A stretch of 59,028 nt of DNA from Holosporales bacterium (lineage in GTDB: Bacteria; Pseudomonadota; Alphaproteobacteria; UBA3830; JAIRWN01). The notes under the pieces were generated by a model. That model was not told where the DNA came from. It saw only the letters and a list, made by a program, of their open reading frames with translations, and did not search any database. Positions 9,487 through 20,459 of the stretch are shown piece after piece. A program made the position numbers and the translations under genes. The stretch's first letter is position 1. Every line of letters begins with the position of its first letter. Where the stretch lies: positions 1 to 59,028 of the forward strand of contig JAIRWN010000031.1 in the NCBI GenBank assembly GCA_031268985.1, written 5' to 3'.

Positions 9487-10176
9487 TTATTGAAGATGCC
9501 TACTTTCGGCGATTTTCATAAATGCTTCTATAAAAAAACAGTCTGTTTTTGTAAGACGAGCTTTCTTTTCGTATTTTGTCATAATCGTCGACCAGGGGTT
9601 TTTACCGTAGGCGCACAAACGCAAGTTGGGAACTGTGATGAGAAATAATCCACTTTCTTTAATTAAATCAAAAACGTCTCGGGCATAGCCTTCAACATCA
9701 GAAGCAAAGCGAAGAATTCCGTCAGATTTCAGTATGCGCCAAAGCGCTTCAAGAAAATCTTGCTTAAGTAATCTGCGTTTATAGTGGCGCTTCTTGGGCC
9801 ACGGGTCCGGAAACAGCATATAAATACAAGAAACGCTCCTTGTCGGAACTTCATCCAGAAAATTGCGACAGTCGCCAACAAATATTCTTATGTTTTCTAT
9901 TTTAAATTTGTCGATTGCGCTAAGCAATTTAGCAACCCCGTTAATAAAAGGCTCGCAGCCGATGAAGCATGTTCCCGGTTGATTTATGGCAAGTTGAGCA
10001 AGATGTTCGCCGTTGCCAAACCCCACTTCTATTTGAATGTCTTGATATTCAACGAACGGGCGTTTATCCGCCTTTACTTCCGGAAGCAAATCGTCCAAAA
10101 GTTGCCTTTGTCTGTCGCTCAAGCCCCTATTCTTTGTCCTTGAAAAAGACTGTATCCATTTGTGCTGATTGGTCAT
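9487..10176 (-). CDS. trmB: tRNA (guanine46-N7)-methyltransferase
   Basis: 229-aa ORF with EVGFGNGEHL SAM motif and the FPDPWPKKRHYKRR signature. Confidence 0.88.
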   Translation of the reverse strand: MTNQHKWIQSFSRTKNRGLSDRQRQLLDDLLPEVKADKRPFVEYQDIQIEVGFGNGEHLAQLAINQPGTCFIGCEPFINGVAKLLSAIDKFKIENIRIFVGDCRNFLDEVPTRSVSCIYMLFPDPWPKKRHYKRRLLKQDFLEALWRILKSDGILRFASDVEGYARDVFDLIKESGLFLITVPNLRLCAYGKNPWSTIMTKYEKKARLTKTDCFFIEAFMKIAESRHLQ

Positions 10177-10781
10177 AGATTTGGGAAATGTTTGGTTAAT
10201 ACAGCGTCAAAATCATCCAGATCTATATCAACGCCAAGATTTTTCAACGAGGTAACGCCATGCTCGTATATGCCACAGGGGATGATTTTTTTGAAAAAAG
10301 CAAGCTCTGGATTTATGTTGATGGCGATACCGTGAGTAGTAACGCCGTTTATGATTCTTATTCCTATTGCGGCAATCTTTTGAATTGGGCCGCTTTCAAC
10401 CCAAACTCCAACCTTATCGGGAATTATGAACCCTTGCACGCCGACCTCTTTAAGAGCATCTATACACCAGAGTTCAAGAATCTTTACGTACTCTTTTACG
10501 CATATTCTTCTTTTGCTGATGTTAAGCATCGTGTAAATAATGCGTTGTCCGGGGCCGTGATAAGTATATTTACCGCCGCGATTGGTTTTATATACAGGTA
10601 TATTAGTACTTTCAAGCAGCTCGCTTGGTTTTGCAAGCGCGCCATACGTTAAGATATGGGGATGCTCTAAAAACCACAATAATTCATCATATTGGTCGGA
10701 AGAAATAGCTCTTGCCATTTTATCCATAAAATCGGTTGAATATTTGTAATCTGTTGGGTGCTTAGTGTATAACCAACGCAT
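10173..10781 (-). CDS. lipB: Octanoyltransferase (lipoyl(octanoyl) transferase)
   Basis: 202-aa ORF with LEHPHILTYG, RGGKYTYHGPGQ and GVWV...KIAAIGIR motifs. 4-nt overlap with trmB. Confidence 0.88.
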   Translation of the reverse strand: MRWLYTKHPTDYKYSTDFMDKMARAISSDQYDELLWFLEHPHILTYGALAKPSELLESTNIPVYKTNRGGKYTYHGPGQRIIYTMLNISKRRICVKEYVKILELWCIDALKEVGVQGFIIPDKVGVWVESGPIQKIAAIGIRIINGVTTHGIAININPELAFFKKIIPCGIYEHGVTSLKNLGVDIDLDDFDAVLTKHFPNL

Positions 10782-10840
10782 AATTGCTTAGTAAACGTAA
10801 TTGAATCCCTCTTTTGTAGGACGCTTTAAATAAGTTAGTA

Positions 10841-11338
10841 ATGATTAAATATCGAATTGCTACTGTTATTTCTACATTTTTTTTCTTGGGAAAGCTTCCT
10901 GTCGCGCCTGGCACTGTAGGATCCTTGGGGGGGATTCTGCTGTTTGTCTTGATCAAAGAAACATATGCTTATTTATTACTTGTTTTTGGGCTTTGCGTGG
11001 TGGGTAGCTGGTCAGTTAGACTTTCGCTCGAGAAAGCAGATAGCCCAGACCCGAAATACATTGTTATCGATGAAGTAATCGGGCAAATGGTGGCGCTTGC
11101 CCCTATGATTTTATTTCATAATGGCAGCAGTACACGGATGTATTTTTTGTCCTTTATTCTGTTTCGAGCGTTCGATATTTGGAAACCTTGGCCGATTAAT
11201 TTGGTTGACGAACTTACTTACCGTAAAAATATTTCCGGAACCGGACAAGTCGCCTGCATAATAGGCGACGATATGCTGGCAGGCCTAGCGGCAGGAGCTG
11301 GTTTGTCGATTATTGTTAAGTATTTTAACGTCTCTTAG
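10841..11338 (+). CDS. pgpA: Phosphatidylglycerophosphatase A
   Basis: 165-aa membrane ORF with GKLPVAPGTVGSL, VIDEVIGQ and FRAFDIWKPWP motifs. Confidence 0.85.
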   Translation: MIKYRIATVISTFFFLGKLPVAPGTVGSLGGILLFVLIKETYAYLLLVFGLCVVGSWSVRLSLEKADSPDPKYIVIDEVIGQMVALAPMILFHNGSSTRMYFLSFILFRAFDIWKPWPINLVDELTYRKNISGTGQVACIIGDDMLAGLAAGAGLSIIVKYFNVS

Positions 11339-12448
<1,110 letters not shown>

Positions 12449-12468
12449 AATTGTTGAGAGATTAAGAC

Positions 12469-13269
12469 TTGTTTACCAACAAGATAAAGTGGAAATTATG
12501 GCTTCGATGGGGCGCAATTCTCGCTTTGGCTTGTCTCTTGGCGTTGGCAGACCACTTTAGCGCATTTTCCCATATAAAAAGATGGACGACACATGCGACT
12601 GTTATTGGGGCAAAAAGCGTCTCGCGTTTAGGGGGCGCAATCTCGAGCATCTTTGATAATTTTTCCGGGAAAGCCGCGCAAGAAACAAAAAGACTGAAAC
12701 GGGAACTTATCGCCTGTAAAATTGAATTGGAAGAACTTAAGTATTTTAAGGATGAAAACACCAGACTTAAGGCTGTGTTGGATTTTTCCTCCGACATAAA
12801 TAATAAACCGGTCGTTTTCGCAAATATAATAAGAGTTTGTGAATTTTTGACCAGTAATAATATATACATAGACAAAGGGCGTGAAAATGGTCTTGGCGAG
12901 GAAGATGTTGTTGTTGGGGAATCTGGCGTCGTAGGGATGATTGAATCCGTTGGAAGCCAGTGGAGCAAAGTGAAAAAGGTCACAAATATGGATTTTTATG
13001 TGTCCGTTTGTTTTTCTCCTTCAGGAATATCCGCAATTTTGAAAGGCAATGGTAATGGGCGCCTTCGGATTTATTTAAAAGAAAATGACAACGCAACAAA
13101 AATACCGCCAGGTCAAACAGCGGTAACCAATGGGTACGATAAAGTTTTTCCGTCGGGAATTTTAGTTGGCCAAGTTACTGATAATGAACAAATAACTCCG
13201 TCTTGCGGGAACAACCCTATGGGGATCGTATGCGTCATCAGCCATCGAATAACGGATATTAAAAAATGA
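12469..13269 (+). CDS. mreC: Rod-shape-determining protein MreC
   Basis: 266-aa ORF directly after mreB. It has an N-terminal TM segment, a coiled-coil (LKRELIACKIELEELKYFKDENTRLK) and a beta-rich C-terminus (VVGESGVVGMIESVG, GILVGQV). The start codon is non-ATG (TTG). Confidence 0.75.
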   Translation: MFTNKIKWKLWLRWGAILALACLLALADHFSAFSHIKRWTTHATVIGAKSVSRLGGAISSIFDNFSGKAAQETKRLKRELIACKIELEELKYFKDENTRLKAVLDFSSDINNKPVVFANIIRVCEFLTSNNIYIDKGRENGLGEEDVVVGESGVVGMIESVGSQWSKVKKVTNMDFYVSVCFSPSGISAILKGNGNGRLRIYLKENDNATKIPPGQTAVTNGYDKVFPSGILVGQVTDNEQITPSCGNNPMGIVCVISHRITDIKK

Positions 13270-14447
13270 AGACCTTTGTTGCCATTGTTTTGATATATGC
13301 TGTGTGTCTGGGATCAAGTTTACTCTCAAGAGCAAATGAACAGTCCCAAAATAGATTTAACAGAGATTTTGAAGTCAAGCTTGAAGATCTTGGGCCGTTG
13401 GACAAAGAAAAGAAATTATACATCTATACATGGTTCGATCAGATCTCTCCAAAAATTATTGGCGCTTTTTTCAGGCTGACAGGAATAAGGGTAATAGTTG
13501 ACGTATTCGACTGTAACGAAACATTGGAGGCAAAACTTCTAACCGGAAATTGCTCTTACGATATCGTGTTTCCAACGGCATGGCCTTTTTTCTATCATCA
13601 AATGAAAGCCGGCGTTTTCCAGAAAATGGACACGAAAAGGCTTTCTAAATATAGGTCAAAATTAGACAAATACCTGCTTGATTTGTTAGCTGACGTTGAC
13701 CCGCAAAATGAATATGCGATACCGTTTACTTGGGGGATTAATGGGATTGGCGTAAATATGAAAATTGTTAATCGTATTGCTCCCGACATCCCTTTAAATA
13801 GCTGGGCCATACTGTTTGATCCAAGGTATGCGAAAAAGCTGCAAGCTGGAGGAATTTCCTTGCTGGAAAGCCCTGAAGAATTGTTTGCGGCGGTTTTTGT
13901 ATATCTGAATTTTTCTGAAGACAAAATAGACTTAAAAAAGGCGAATCAAGCGATTGATTGTCTTAGAAAAGTAAGGAGATATATTGGCAGGTTTGATTCC
14001 TATAGTTTTCAAGATCTGGCCAGCGGAAGCGCTTGCGCAGTGATGTGCTCTTCCGGCGATTTGATGTTCGCGCGTACTCAGACTTCCGCTGAAAGCGCCA
14101 AATATATACGTTTTATAATACCTAAAGAGGGCGCTTGTTTGAGTATGGAAGTGATGGCTGTTCCCAAAAAAGCCAAACATGTAAATAATGCACGCGCATT
14201 TATCGCTTTTCTGCTGCACCCAAGGGTATCGGCAGAGATTACAGAATATACCGGCAACGCCAGCGCAATCCCCGAGTCAAGAAAGTATGTTTCCGAAAAG
14301 CTGTCGAGAGATCCGTCAATTTACCCAAATAAAGACAGACTGAGTAAATGTCAAATAAAAGGCTCGCTTCCCCACAGTATCAGCAGACACATGGGTCGGG
14401 CGCTTACTAAAATAAAATCTAAGGTCGAACCGCCCAACCAAAGTTAA
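13266..14447 (+). CDS. potF: Periplasmic putrescine/spermidine-binding protein (PotF/PotD family)
   Basis: 393-aa ORF with a signal peptide. It is collinear with E. coli PotF as recalled from memory (LYIYTW...VDVFDCNETLEAKLLTG..YDIVFPTA, IPFTWG..GIGVN, IPKEGA, DPSIYPNKD). ATGA overlap with the mreC stop. Confidence 0.8.
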   Translation: MKTFVAIVLIYAVCLGSSLLSRANEQSQNRFNRDFEVKLEDLGPLDKEKKLYIYTWFDQISPKIIGAFFRLTGIRVIVDVFDCNETLEAKLLTGNCSYDIVFPTAWPFFYHQMKAGVFQKMDTKRLSKYRSKLDKYLLDLLADVDPQNEYAIPFTWGINGIGVNMKIVNRIAPDIPLNSWAILFDPRYAKKLQAGGISLLESPEELFAAVFVYLNFSEDKIDLKKANQAIDCLRKVRRYIGRFDSYSFQDLASGSACAVMCSSGDLMFARTQTSAESAKYIRFIIPKEGACLSMEVMAVPKKAKHVNNARAFIAFLLHPRVSAEITEYTGNASAIPESRKYVSEKLSRDPSIYPNKDRLSKCQIKGSLPHSISRHMGRALTKIKSKVEPPNQS

Positions 14448-14526
14448 GCTTATCTAAGTTTTGATTTTGAAAACTTTTCTTAACCAAGACTTGATACCAT
14501 TTTTGTATCAAGTTAAGGGAAAGGCC

Positions 14527-16497
14527 ATGAGCGCAGTTAAGCTACTTTGGGTTCCAAGCGAAGATCGTCGCAAAAACAGCGGCATTTCAAGATTTATCGG
14601 TATCGTCAATAAAAAATATAACTTAAAAATAAATGATTTTAGCGACTTATGGGATTGGTCAGTTAACTGCAGAGACGAGTTCTGGAACGAGATCTGGAAT
14701 TTTGGGAACGTCATCGCATCAAATAAGGGCGAACGAATAAACAACGGAGAAAAAAACTTCAAAGCACATCGATATTTCCCGGACGCAAAATTGAACTTTG
14801 CCGAAAACCTACTGCGCGACAGAAGTGATAATCCTGCCATAATATTTTGGGGCGAAGATAAGATAGAAAGAACCATAAAGCATAATGAGCTTTATAACAG
14901 CGTTAGAAATCTGGCTTATGCTCTGAAAAAAAGCGGTCTGAAGATCGGCGACAGAGTTGTGGGATATGTGGCAAACACTCCTGAAACGCTGATAGCGGCG
15001 CTTGCCACAATATCTTTGGGCGGCATTTGGTGTGCATGTGCCACAGATTTTGGCGTAAAGGGCGCTTACGATCGACTTGCGCAAATAGATCCAAAATTCT
15101 TTTTTGCGACCGAAGCCTATTACTATAAGGGTAAAGTGTTTGATAACAGCGAAAAAATATTCGAGATAGCGAAAGATATTTCAACTCTAAAAAAGGTTAT
15201 ACTTATCCCTTACGCAGATGTGCCAAGAAAAAAACTTGAAAATAACAGCGCTTATTTGGACGATTTCGTAAGCGGTTTTGGCGATAGAGCCGGGCCTGAT
15301 CTGGAATTTGTCCAACTGCCATTCAATCACCCTGTATATGTACTGTTTACTTCAGGGACAACCGGAGCACCAAAGTGTATTGTTCACGGCGCCGGAGGAA
15401 CCTTGCTTCAGCACCTGAAAGAGCATCAGCTCCACTGCGACATAAAGCCAGGCGATAAAGTGTTTTATTACAGCACCTGCAGTTGGATGATGTGGAATTG
15501 GCATATGTCAGCGCTGGCATCGAAAGCAACATTAATGATGTTTGACGGCAATCCATTATATCCCGATGCATATACCCTTTTTAACTTTGCGGACAAGTAC
15601 GATATGACCTTCTTTGGAACTTCATCAAAGTTCTTGGATATGCTTCATAAAGGGAACATGAAACCAAAAGATCATAATAATCTTTCATCCGTTCGCGCCA
15701 TTGGAGTTACAGGATCGCCCCTGTCCCTGGAAGCGTTTTCGTATGTATACAAAGACGTTAAGCAAGACGTTCATTTGAATGTTTTTTCAGGAGGAACAGA
15801 CCTTATATCGTGCTTCATAATTGGCAATCCCATTTCTCCGGTATATGCCGGTGAAATGCAGGGGATTGGGCTTGGGATGAAGGTTGAGGTATTCAATGAT
15901 GAAGGCAAACCCTTGACAAAAAATCAGCAGGGAGAACTTGTTTGTACTGCTCCATTTGCATCAAAGCCGCTTAGATTCTGGAAAGATGAGGGCGATCAAA
16001 AATACGATAAGGCCTATTATCAGGAGTTTCCCGGCGTGTGGTCTCATGGAGATTGGATAGAAATCACCGATCGCAATGGAGCGATCATTTCCGGTCGCGC
16101 GGATACAGTGTTGAAACCAAGCGGGGTGCGAATCGGCACAGCTGAAATTTACGCGCAAGTTCAAAAAGTTGAAGAAGTGCTTGAAAGCATAGCGGTTGGG
16201 CAGCAATGGAATAATGATGAAAGAATAATACTGTTCGTGGTTTTGAAGGATGGCCTTACGTTAGACGAAGGTTTAAAGAAAAAGATTTGCACACAAATCC
16301 GTATCAATGCGACGCCAAGACATGTGCCTTCCAAAATAATCCAAGTTGAAGAAATTCCCTATACTAAGAATGATAAAATTTCTGAAATTGCTGTTAAATC
16401 CGTGATTCAGGGGAGCGAAGTGAAAAACAAAGAATCCCTTAAAAACCCAACAGCTTTAGATTTATATCGCGATCTTAAGGATCTTAAAGAAGATTGA
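14527..16497 (+). CDS. Acetoacetyl-CoA synthetase (acetoacetate-CoA ligase)
   Basis: ANL-superfamily motifs (LFTSGTTGAPKCIVH, HGDW, SGRADT, K near the C-terminus) plus the AACS-type N-terminus LLWVPSE...LWDWSV...FW. ATG 14527 has a GGGAAAGG SD; the ORF track begins at 14461. Confidence 0.8.
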   Translation: MSAVKLLWVPSEDRRKNSGISRFIGIVNKKYNLKINDFSDLWDWSVNCRDEFWNEIWNFGNVIASNKGERINNGEKNFKAHRYFPDAKLNFAENLLRDRSDNPAIIFWGEDKIERTIKHNELYNSVRNLAYALKKSGLKIGDRVVGYVANTPETLIAALATISLGGIWCACATDFGVKGAYDRLAQIDPKFFFATEAYYYKGKVFDNSEKIFEIAKDISTLKKVILIPYADVPRKKLENNSAYLDDFVSGFGDRAGPDLEFVQLPFNHPVYVLFTSGTTGAPKCIVHGAGGTLLQHLKEHQLHCDIKPGDKVFYYSTCSWMMWNWHMSALASKATLMMFDGNPLYPDAYTLFNFADKYDMTFFGTSSKFLDMLHKGNMKPKDHNNLSSVRAIGVTGSPLSLEAFSYVYKDVKQDVHLNVFSGGTDLISCFIIGNPISPVYAGEMQGIGLGMKVEVFNDEGKPLTKNQQGELVCTAPFASKPLRFWKDEGDQKYDKAYYQEFPGVWSHGDWIEITDRNGAIISGRADTVLKPSGVRIGTAEIYAQVQKVEEVLESIAVGQQWNNDERIILFVVLKDGLTLDEGLKKKICTQIRINATPRHVPSKIIQVEEIPYTKNDKISEIAVKSVIQGSEVKNKESLKNPTALDLYRDLKDLKED

Positions 16498-16502
16498 TTT
16501 AA

Positions 16503-18977
16503 ATGGATGATTTGATCGATGAATTTTTGGAAGAAACCAATGAAAACCTGAATATCCTTGGGGGGACATTACTTGATTTAGAGAAACAACCCAACAATCC
16601 GGAAATCCTTAACGAAGTATTTCGCAACTTCCATACTATCAAGGGATCAGGCGGAGCCTTGGGGTTTTCCCGGCTTCAACGTCTTGCTCATGCAGCTGAG
16701 AGCGTTCTATCCAAAGTTCGCGAAGGAAAATTGACGGTCGATACATCTTTGGTGTCTTTGATACTCAAGGTGATAGATTCTGTAAAACAAATACTTGAAT
16801 ATATCGCAGCTAACAGGGCCGAGCCTGAGCAGGAATTTGTCGATCTTTTAGCCAAACTTGGTCAATATGCTGAATTGCCTGACCAGATTGCAGTCCAACA
16901 AACTGCTCAAACGCTAGAGCCTTCGACGCCGAAAGAATCCGGGGGTACAGACCGCTCTGCAGCTTCAAGCAACGGAACAAACAGTATAAGGGTAAAGCTC
17001 AGTACGCTTGAGGATATGATGAATATTACAAGCGAGCTTGTTCTAATAAGAAATCAACTTCTTCAGATTTTAAAATCGCAAGAAAACAGCGCCTTTGCTT
17101 GTCCGCTTGGCAGACTTAATAAAATAACGACAAACATTCAAGAAACGATAATGAAAGTCAGAATGCAGCCTGTAAAAACCGCATGGACTAAACTTGCAAG
17201 AATTGTAAGAGACTTAGCCAACAAGCTGGGCAAACAAATAGACCTTAAGATGATTGGCGAGGATACGGAGCTGGACAGGCAAGTTTTGGAGCTGATAGCC
17301 GATCCTTTTGTCCATATCATCAGAAACAGTATAGATCACGGAATTGAATCTCCTGACGTCAGGAAAAGCGTCGGTAAAGACGCCGTTGGAACAATTACTC
17401 TAAATGCCTATCACGAAAGCGGCCATGTCATTGTAGAAATCTCTGACGACGGAGCGGGAATTAACACTGCAAAACTTAAAGAAAAACTTCTTACGAAAGG
17501 AACCCTGACACAAAAGGATCTCGAGAAACTTACAGACGACCAGATCAATCAATATATATTCAAAAGCGGCGTATCGACAGCAGCAGAAGTATCTGACGTT
17601 TCTGGTCGGGGGGTTGGCATGGATGTAGTAATGACCAACATAAATAAAGTCAACGGAGCTATAGACCTTATATCTTCGCCAGGAAAAGGCTCAATAATAA
17701 AAATAAAAATTCCTCTTACTTTGGCAATTGCTCCTGTACTTATTGTAGAATGCAACAACGACATATTTGCAGTGCCGCAAACAAACGTCCTTGAAATTTT
17801 GTTTGGCAACGCCGGGAAAAAACACAAAATCAGTCACATTGACGGCGCTAAAGTCCTTGTCTTGCGCGGTGAAATGTTGCCATTAGTAAGCATTCAAGAT
17901 GTTCTTAATCTCTCGCCTTCAAAAAAGGAAGGGTACATACTGATTTTGCAGATAACCCACAGCGTCTTCGGTCTTATGGTTGACAACTTGCTGGACACAG
18001 AAGAAATCGTCCTAAGGCCTCCTGGATCGGTTTTGAAGGGAATAAAAGTTTTTTCCGGAAGCGCCATACTTGGCGACGGACGCGTTGTTATGGTTATTGA
18101 TCCAAACAGTATAGCAAAACGGGCTTCTATTGGCGATACGAAAGATGTTCAAAGCGTCGAAATTTTTAACGACAAAAAACTTGTTCCTATACTTCTTTTT
18201 AAAAACTTTAACGGAGAAACCAATGCGGTTGACTTAAAAAACATTTCGCGCATGGAAAAAGTCAGAAAGAGCGCAATCGAAAACTCGGTCAATGGCTATG
18301 TCGTTCAACATAACAATGTTATCATTCCGGTTGTTTTTGATGGGGAGACGAATAATAGCTTTTTGTTCCTGATAATCTTGCAAAAAGACAACATTGGCGT
18401 GGCGTTTGCTACACCGGAAGTGATCGATATTATCGATGCGGACTTGGAAATACAACAGATTTCTCGAAAGAATGGCTATCTTGGAAGCGCGGTTATAGAC
18501 GGTATAACCACCGACGTATTGGACAGCGATTATTACCTTAATATTAAGGATTTTAAAGCTATTCCTTCCGGAAACAATGTTGCAACACGTAACACAAAAA
18601 CCAAGCTAAAAAAAATTTTATTAATCAGCTCAAACAACAAAGAAATTTCTGACTTGCAAGAAGTTCTGAGGGAAAACTTCGACATGACATGCGCTACTGA
18701 TATACATGAATACTCGGGAGAGTTGCCCGAAGTTATTATAATTGGCGAGTACATTAATCAATCTAATTGCCTGGAAGTAGCGCAAAAAATAAAAACTGGC
18801 ATACCAAAACTAAACCCCGTCCCTTTGGTAAAGTTGTTTTTAAATGCCAGCAAACAGGATGTAGCTCTTGGAATTAAAGCTGGAATACTGAGATATATAC
18901 CAACAAAAAACAAACAAACAATTTTACAGTCGCTAATTAATCTAATCGCTTCGCGACAAAGCCCGGGAGGAGATTAA
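16503..18977 (+). CDS. cheA: Chemotaxis histidine kinase CheA with extra C-terminal CheW-like and degenerate receiver-like segments
   Basis: 824 aa. It has an HPt box FHTIKGSGG, N box DPFVHIIRNSIDHGIE, G1 DDGAGI, G2 GRGVGMD and a P5 CheW-like domain. About 280 further residues end in a REC-like fold that lacks the acidic pocket and phospho-Asp (ILLISSNN, VIIIGEY). Confidence 0.88.
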   Translation: MDDLIDEFLEETNENLNILGGTLLDLEKQPNNPEILNEVFRNFHTIKGSGGALGFSRLQRLAHAAESVLSKVREGKLTVDTSLVSLILKVIDSVKQILEYIAANRAEPEQEFVDLLAKLGQYAELPDQIAVQQTAQTLEPSTPKESGGTDRSAASSNGTNSIRVKLSTLEDMMNITSELVLIRNQLLQILKSQENSAFACPLGRLNKITTNIQETIMKVRMQPVKTAWTKLARIVRDLANKLGKQIDLKMIGEDTELDRQVLELIADPFVHIIRNSIDHGIESPDVRKSVGKDAVGTITLNAYHESGHVIVEISDDGAGINTAKLKEKLLTKGTLTQKDLEKLTDDQINQYIFKSGVSTAAEVSDVSGRGVGMDVVMTNINKVNGAIDLISSPGKGSIIKIKIPLTLAIAPVLIVECNNDIFAVPQTNVLEILFGNAGKKHKISHIDGAKVLVLRGEMLPLVSIQDVLNLSPSKKEGYILILQITHSVFGLMVDNLLDTEEIVLRPPGSVLKGIKVFSGSAILGDGRVVMVIDPNSIAKRASIGDTKDVQSVEIFNDKKLVPILLFKNFNGETNAVDLKNISRMEKVRKSAIENSVNGYVVQHNNVIIPVVFDGETNNSFLFLIILQKDNIGVAFATPEVIDIIDADLEIQQISRKNGYLGSAVIDGITTDVLDSDYYLNIKDFKAIPSGNNVATRNTKTKLKKILLISSNNKEISDLQEVLRENFDMTCATDIHEYSGELPEVIIIGEYINQSNCLEVAQKIKTGIPKLNPVPLVKLFLNASKQDVALGIKAGILRYIPTKNKQTILQSLINLIASRQSPGGD

Positions 18978-19429
18978 TGCAGTGTAACACTAAGCAAATA
19001 ATGACTTTCCGTATAAGTGAATTACTTATGGCGATCGACGTGGTTTTTATGCGCGATGTATTAGGGAAAAGAGAATACAATGAAGTCCCGTTGGCTGCCT
19101 ATGGAATAAGCGGAATTGTTAACTTGAGGGGAAATATCGTAACTGTTTTGGATATAGAAAACATTATAAATGCAAACAACCAACCGCATAATCGTTTATA
19201 CAATATAGTTTTCGACTTAAATTCAGAGCTGTTCAGCTTAGCGGTCGACGAGATTGGCGAATTTATGGACATTAAAACAAACGAGATTGAACCGGTTCCA
19301 AACAGTATAGATCCGTCAGTTACAGCTGTTTCTTCTGGAGTTATATACGCTAAAGAAAAAATTTTTCTGCTGCTTGATTTTGAAAAAAGCATAAAACTGC
19401 TGCTGCAGAACATTGAAACTGGGGAATAA
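18977..19429 (+). CDS. cheW: Chemotaxis coupling protein CheW
   Basis: 150-aa ORF with the CheW-like motif GIVNLRGNIVTVLDI. The TAATG overlap with the cheA stop implies translational coupling. Confidence 0.85.
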   Translation: MQCNTKQIMTFRISELLMAIDVVFMRDVLGKREYNEVPLAAYGISGIVNLRGNIVTVLDIENIINANNQPHNRLYNIVFDLNSELFSLAVDEIGEFMDIKTNEIEPVPNSIDPSVTAVSSGVIYAKEKIFLLLDFEKSIKLLLQNIETGE

Positions 19430-19452
19430 TTCATTTCTGATTTTGACGCTTG

Positions 19453-19890
19453 TCAGAAGCATTCGATGACTTTGATATTGTACATAGGGTGTTCAAAAAC
19501 GTTTGCTGATGGTAAAGAGGCGTATATCCAGCCGCTGAACACGGGCATTTCCGACCGTTCTTCATATTCAACTGCTTTTGTGCAATTTTGTTTGGGGATT
19601 TTATCGAACACCTCTAAGAAAACTACGGACTCTGGCGGAAATTCGGGAGAATTTTTAAATGCTTTTTTTAAAACGATTTTTAAGCGACCAAATATCTTTG
19701 GAGAACCAACATCGAGATTGACTTTGCGCGCATGGCTGCTGATTCTGTCCAAGATTAGCAACGTGGCATGTTCAACTTGAATATATTTTACTGTTTCAAA
19801 ACAGCGTTCGCTATCGGCTTGAACAATTTGGACAAATTCAACAAGAAGCGCAAACAAACACAGATAACAACTTTTTCTTAGCATACGCAA
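19453..19890 (-). CDS. DUF2155-like periplasmic protein
   Basis: 145 aa with a signal peptide. The pattern LDRIS..ARKV.L.VG....FG.L.I....C.....E.PPES..FLEV.D matches my recollection of alphaproteobacterial DUF2155, which commonly neighbours mlaD. Confidence 0.5.
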   Translation of the reverse strand: MRMLRKSCYLCLFALLVEFVQIVQADSERCFETVKYIQVEHATLLILDRISSHARKVNLDVGSPKIFGRLKIVLKKAFKNSPEFPPESVVFLEVFDKIPKQNCTKAVEYEERSEMPVFSGWIYASLPSANVFEHPMYNIKVIECF

Positions 19891-19899
19891 ACTATTGTG

Positions 19900-20367
19900 T
19901 CAGTTGCTTGCTTTTTTCTCAGATCCGCTTGAAAAAAGCAAGAACTTACCTATGAGCGACTCAAGAGTGATACTTCCTTGCGTTCTGGATATTTCGTCTC
20001 CTGGTTTTAACATACTGTCTTCCGCCCCTGGATCTAAACTTAGGTATTTGCCGCCCAGAAGTCCATCCGTCTCCACTTTAGCAATAGTGTCTTTCGGTAG
20101 GGTAATATCTTTCTTTACAAGGAGCGAAACTTTGACCAAATAACTTTTTTGATCAAGTTCTATTTTTATAACGTTACCAACCTTTATGCCTCCAATTCGC
20201 AATTCGCTTCCTACATTTATTCCATCGATTCGATCAAAATTAGCGAATAAAACGTATCCGTCTTCGTGCTTTAATTTTGAATAATTAAACGCATACAGTG
20301 AGAAAAAGATCGTTATTAGGACTACAGCAAAGCCTACAAAGCTTTCGAATGTTCTGTTATTTCCCAT
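19900..20367 (-). CDS. mlaD: Outer-membrane lipid asymmetry protein MlaD (MCE domain)
   Basis: 155 aa with an N-terminal TM helix and an MCE fold (GINVGSELRIGGIKVGNV, LGGKYLSLDPG). Confidence 0.8.
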   Translation of the reverse strand: MGNNRTFESFVGFAVVLITIFFSLYAFNYSKLKHEDGYVLFANFDRIDGINVGSELRIGGIKVGNVIKIELDQKSYLVKVSLLVKKDITLPKDTIAKVETDGLLGGKYLSLDPGAEDSMLKPGDEISRTQGSITLESLIGKFLLFSSGSEKKASN

Positions 20368-20459
20368 ATTCTTAATTGCTGCAAGCCCTACCTTAATCGA
20401 ACATTTTACACTAGAAAGTTAAATTTTTCCAGAATTAACAAAAAAACTAAGCAAAAATA

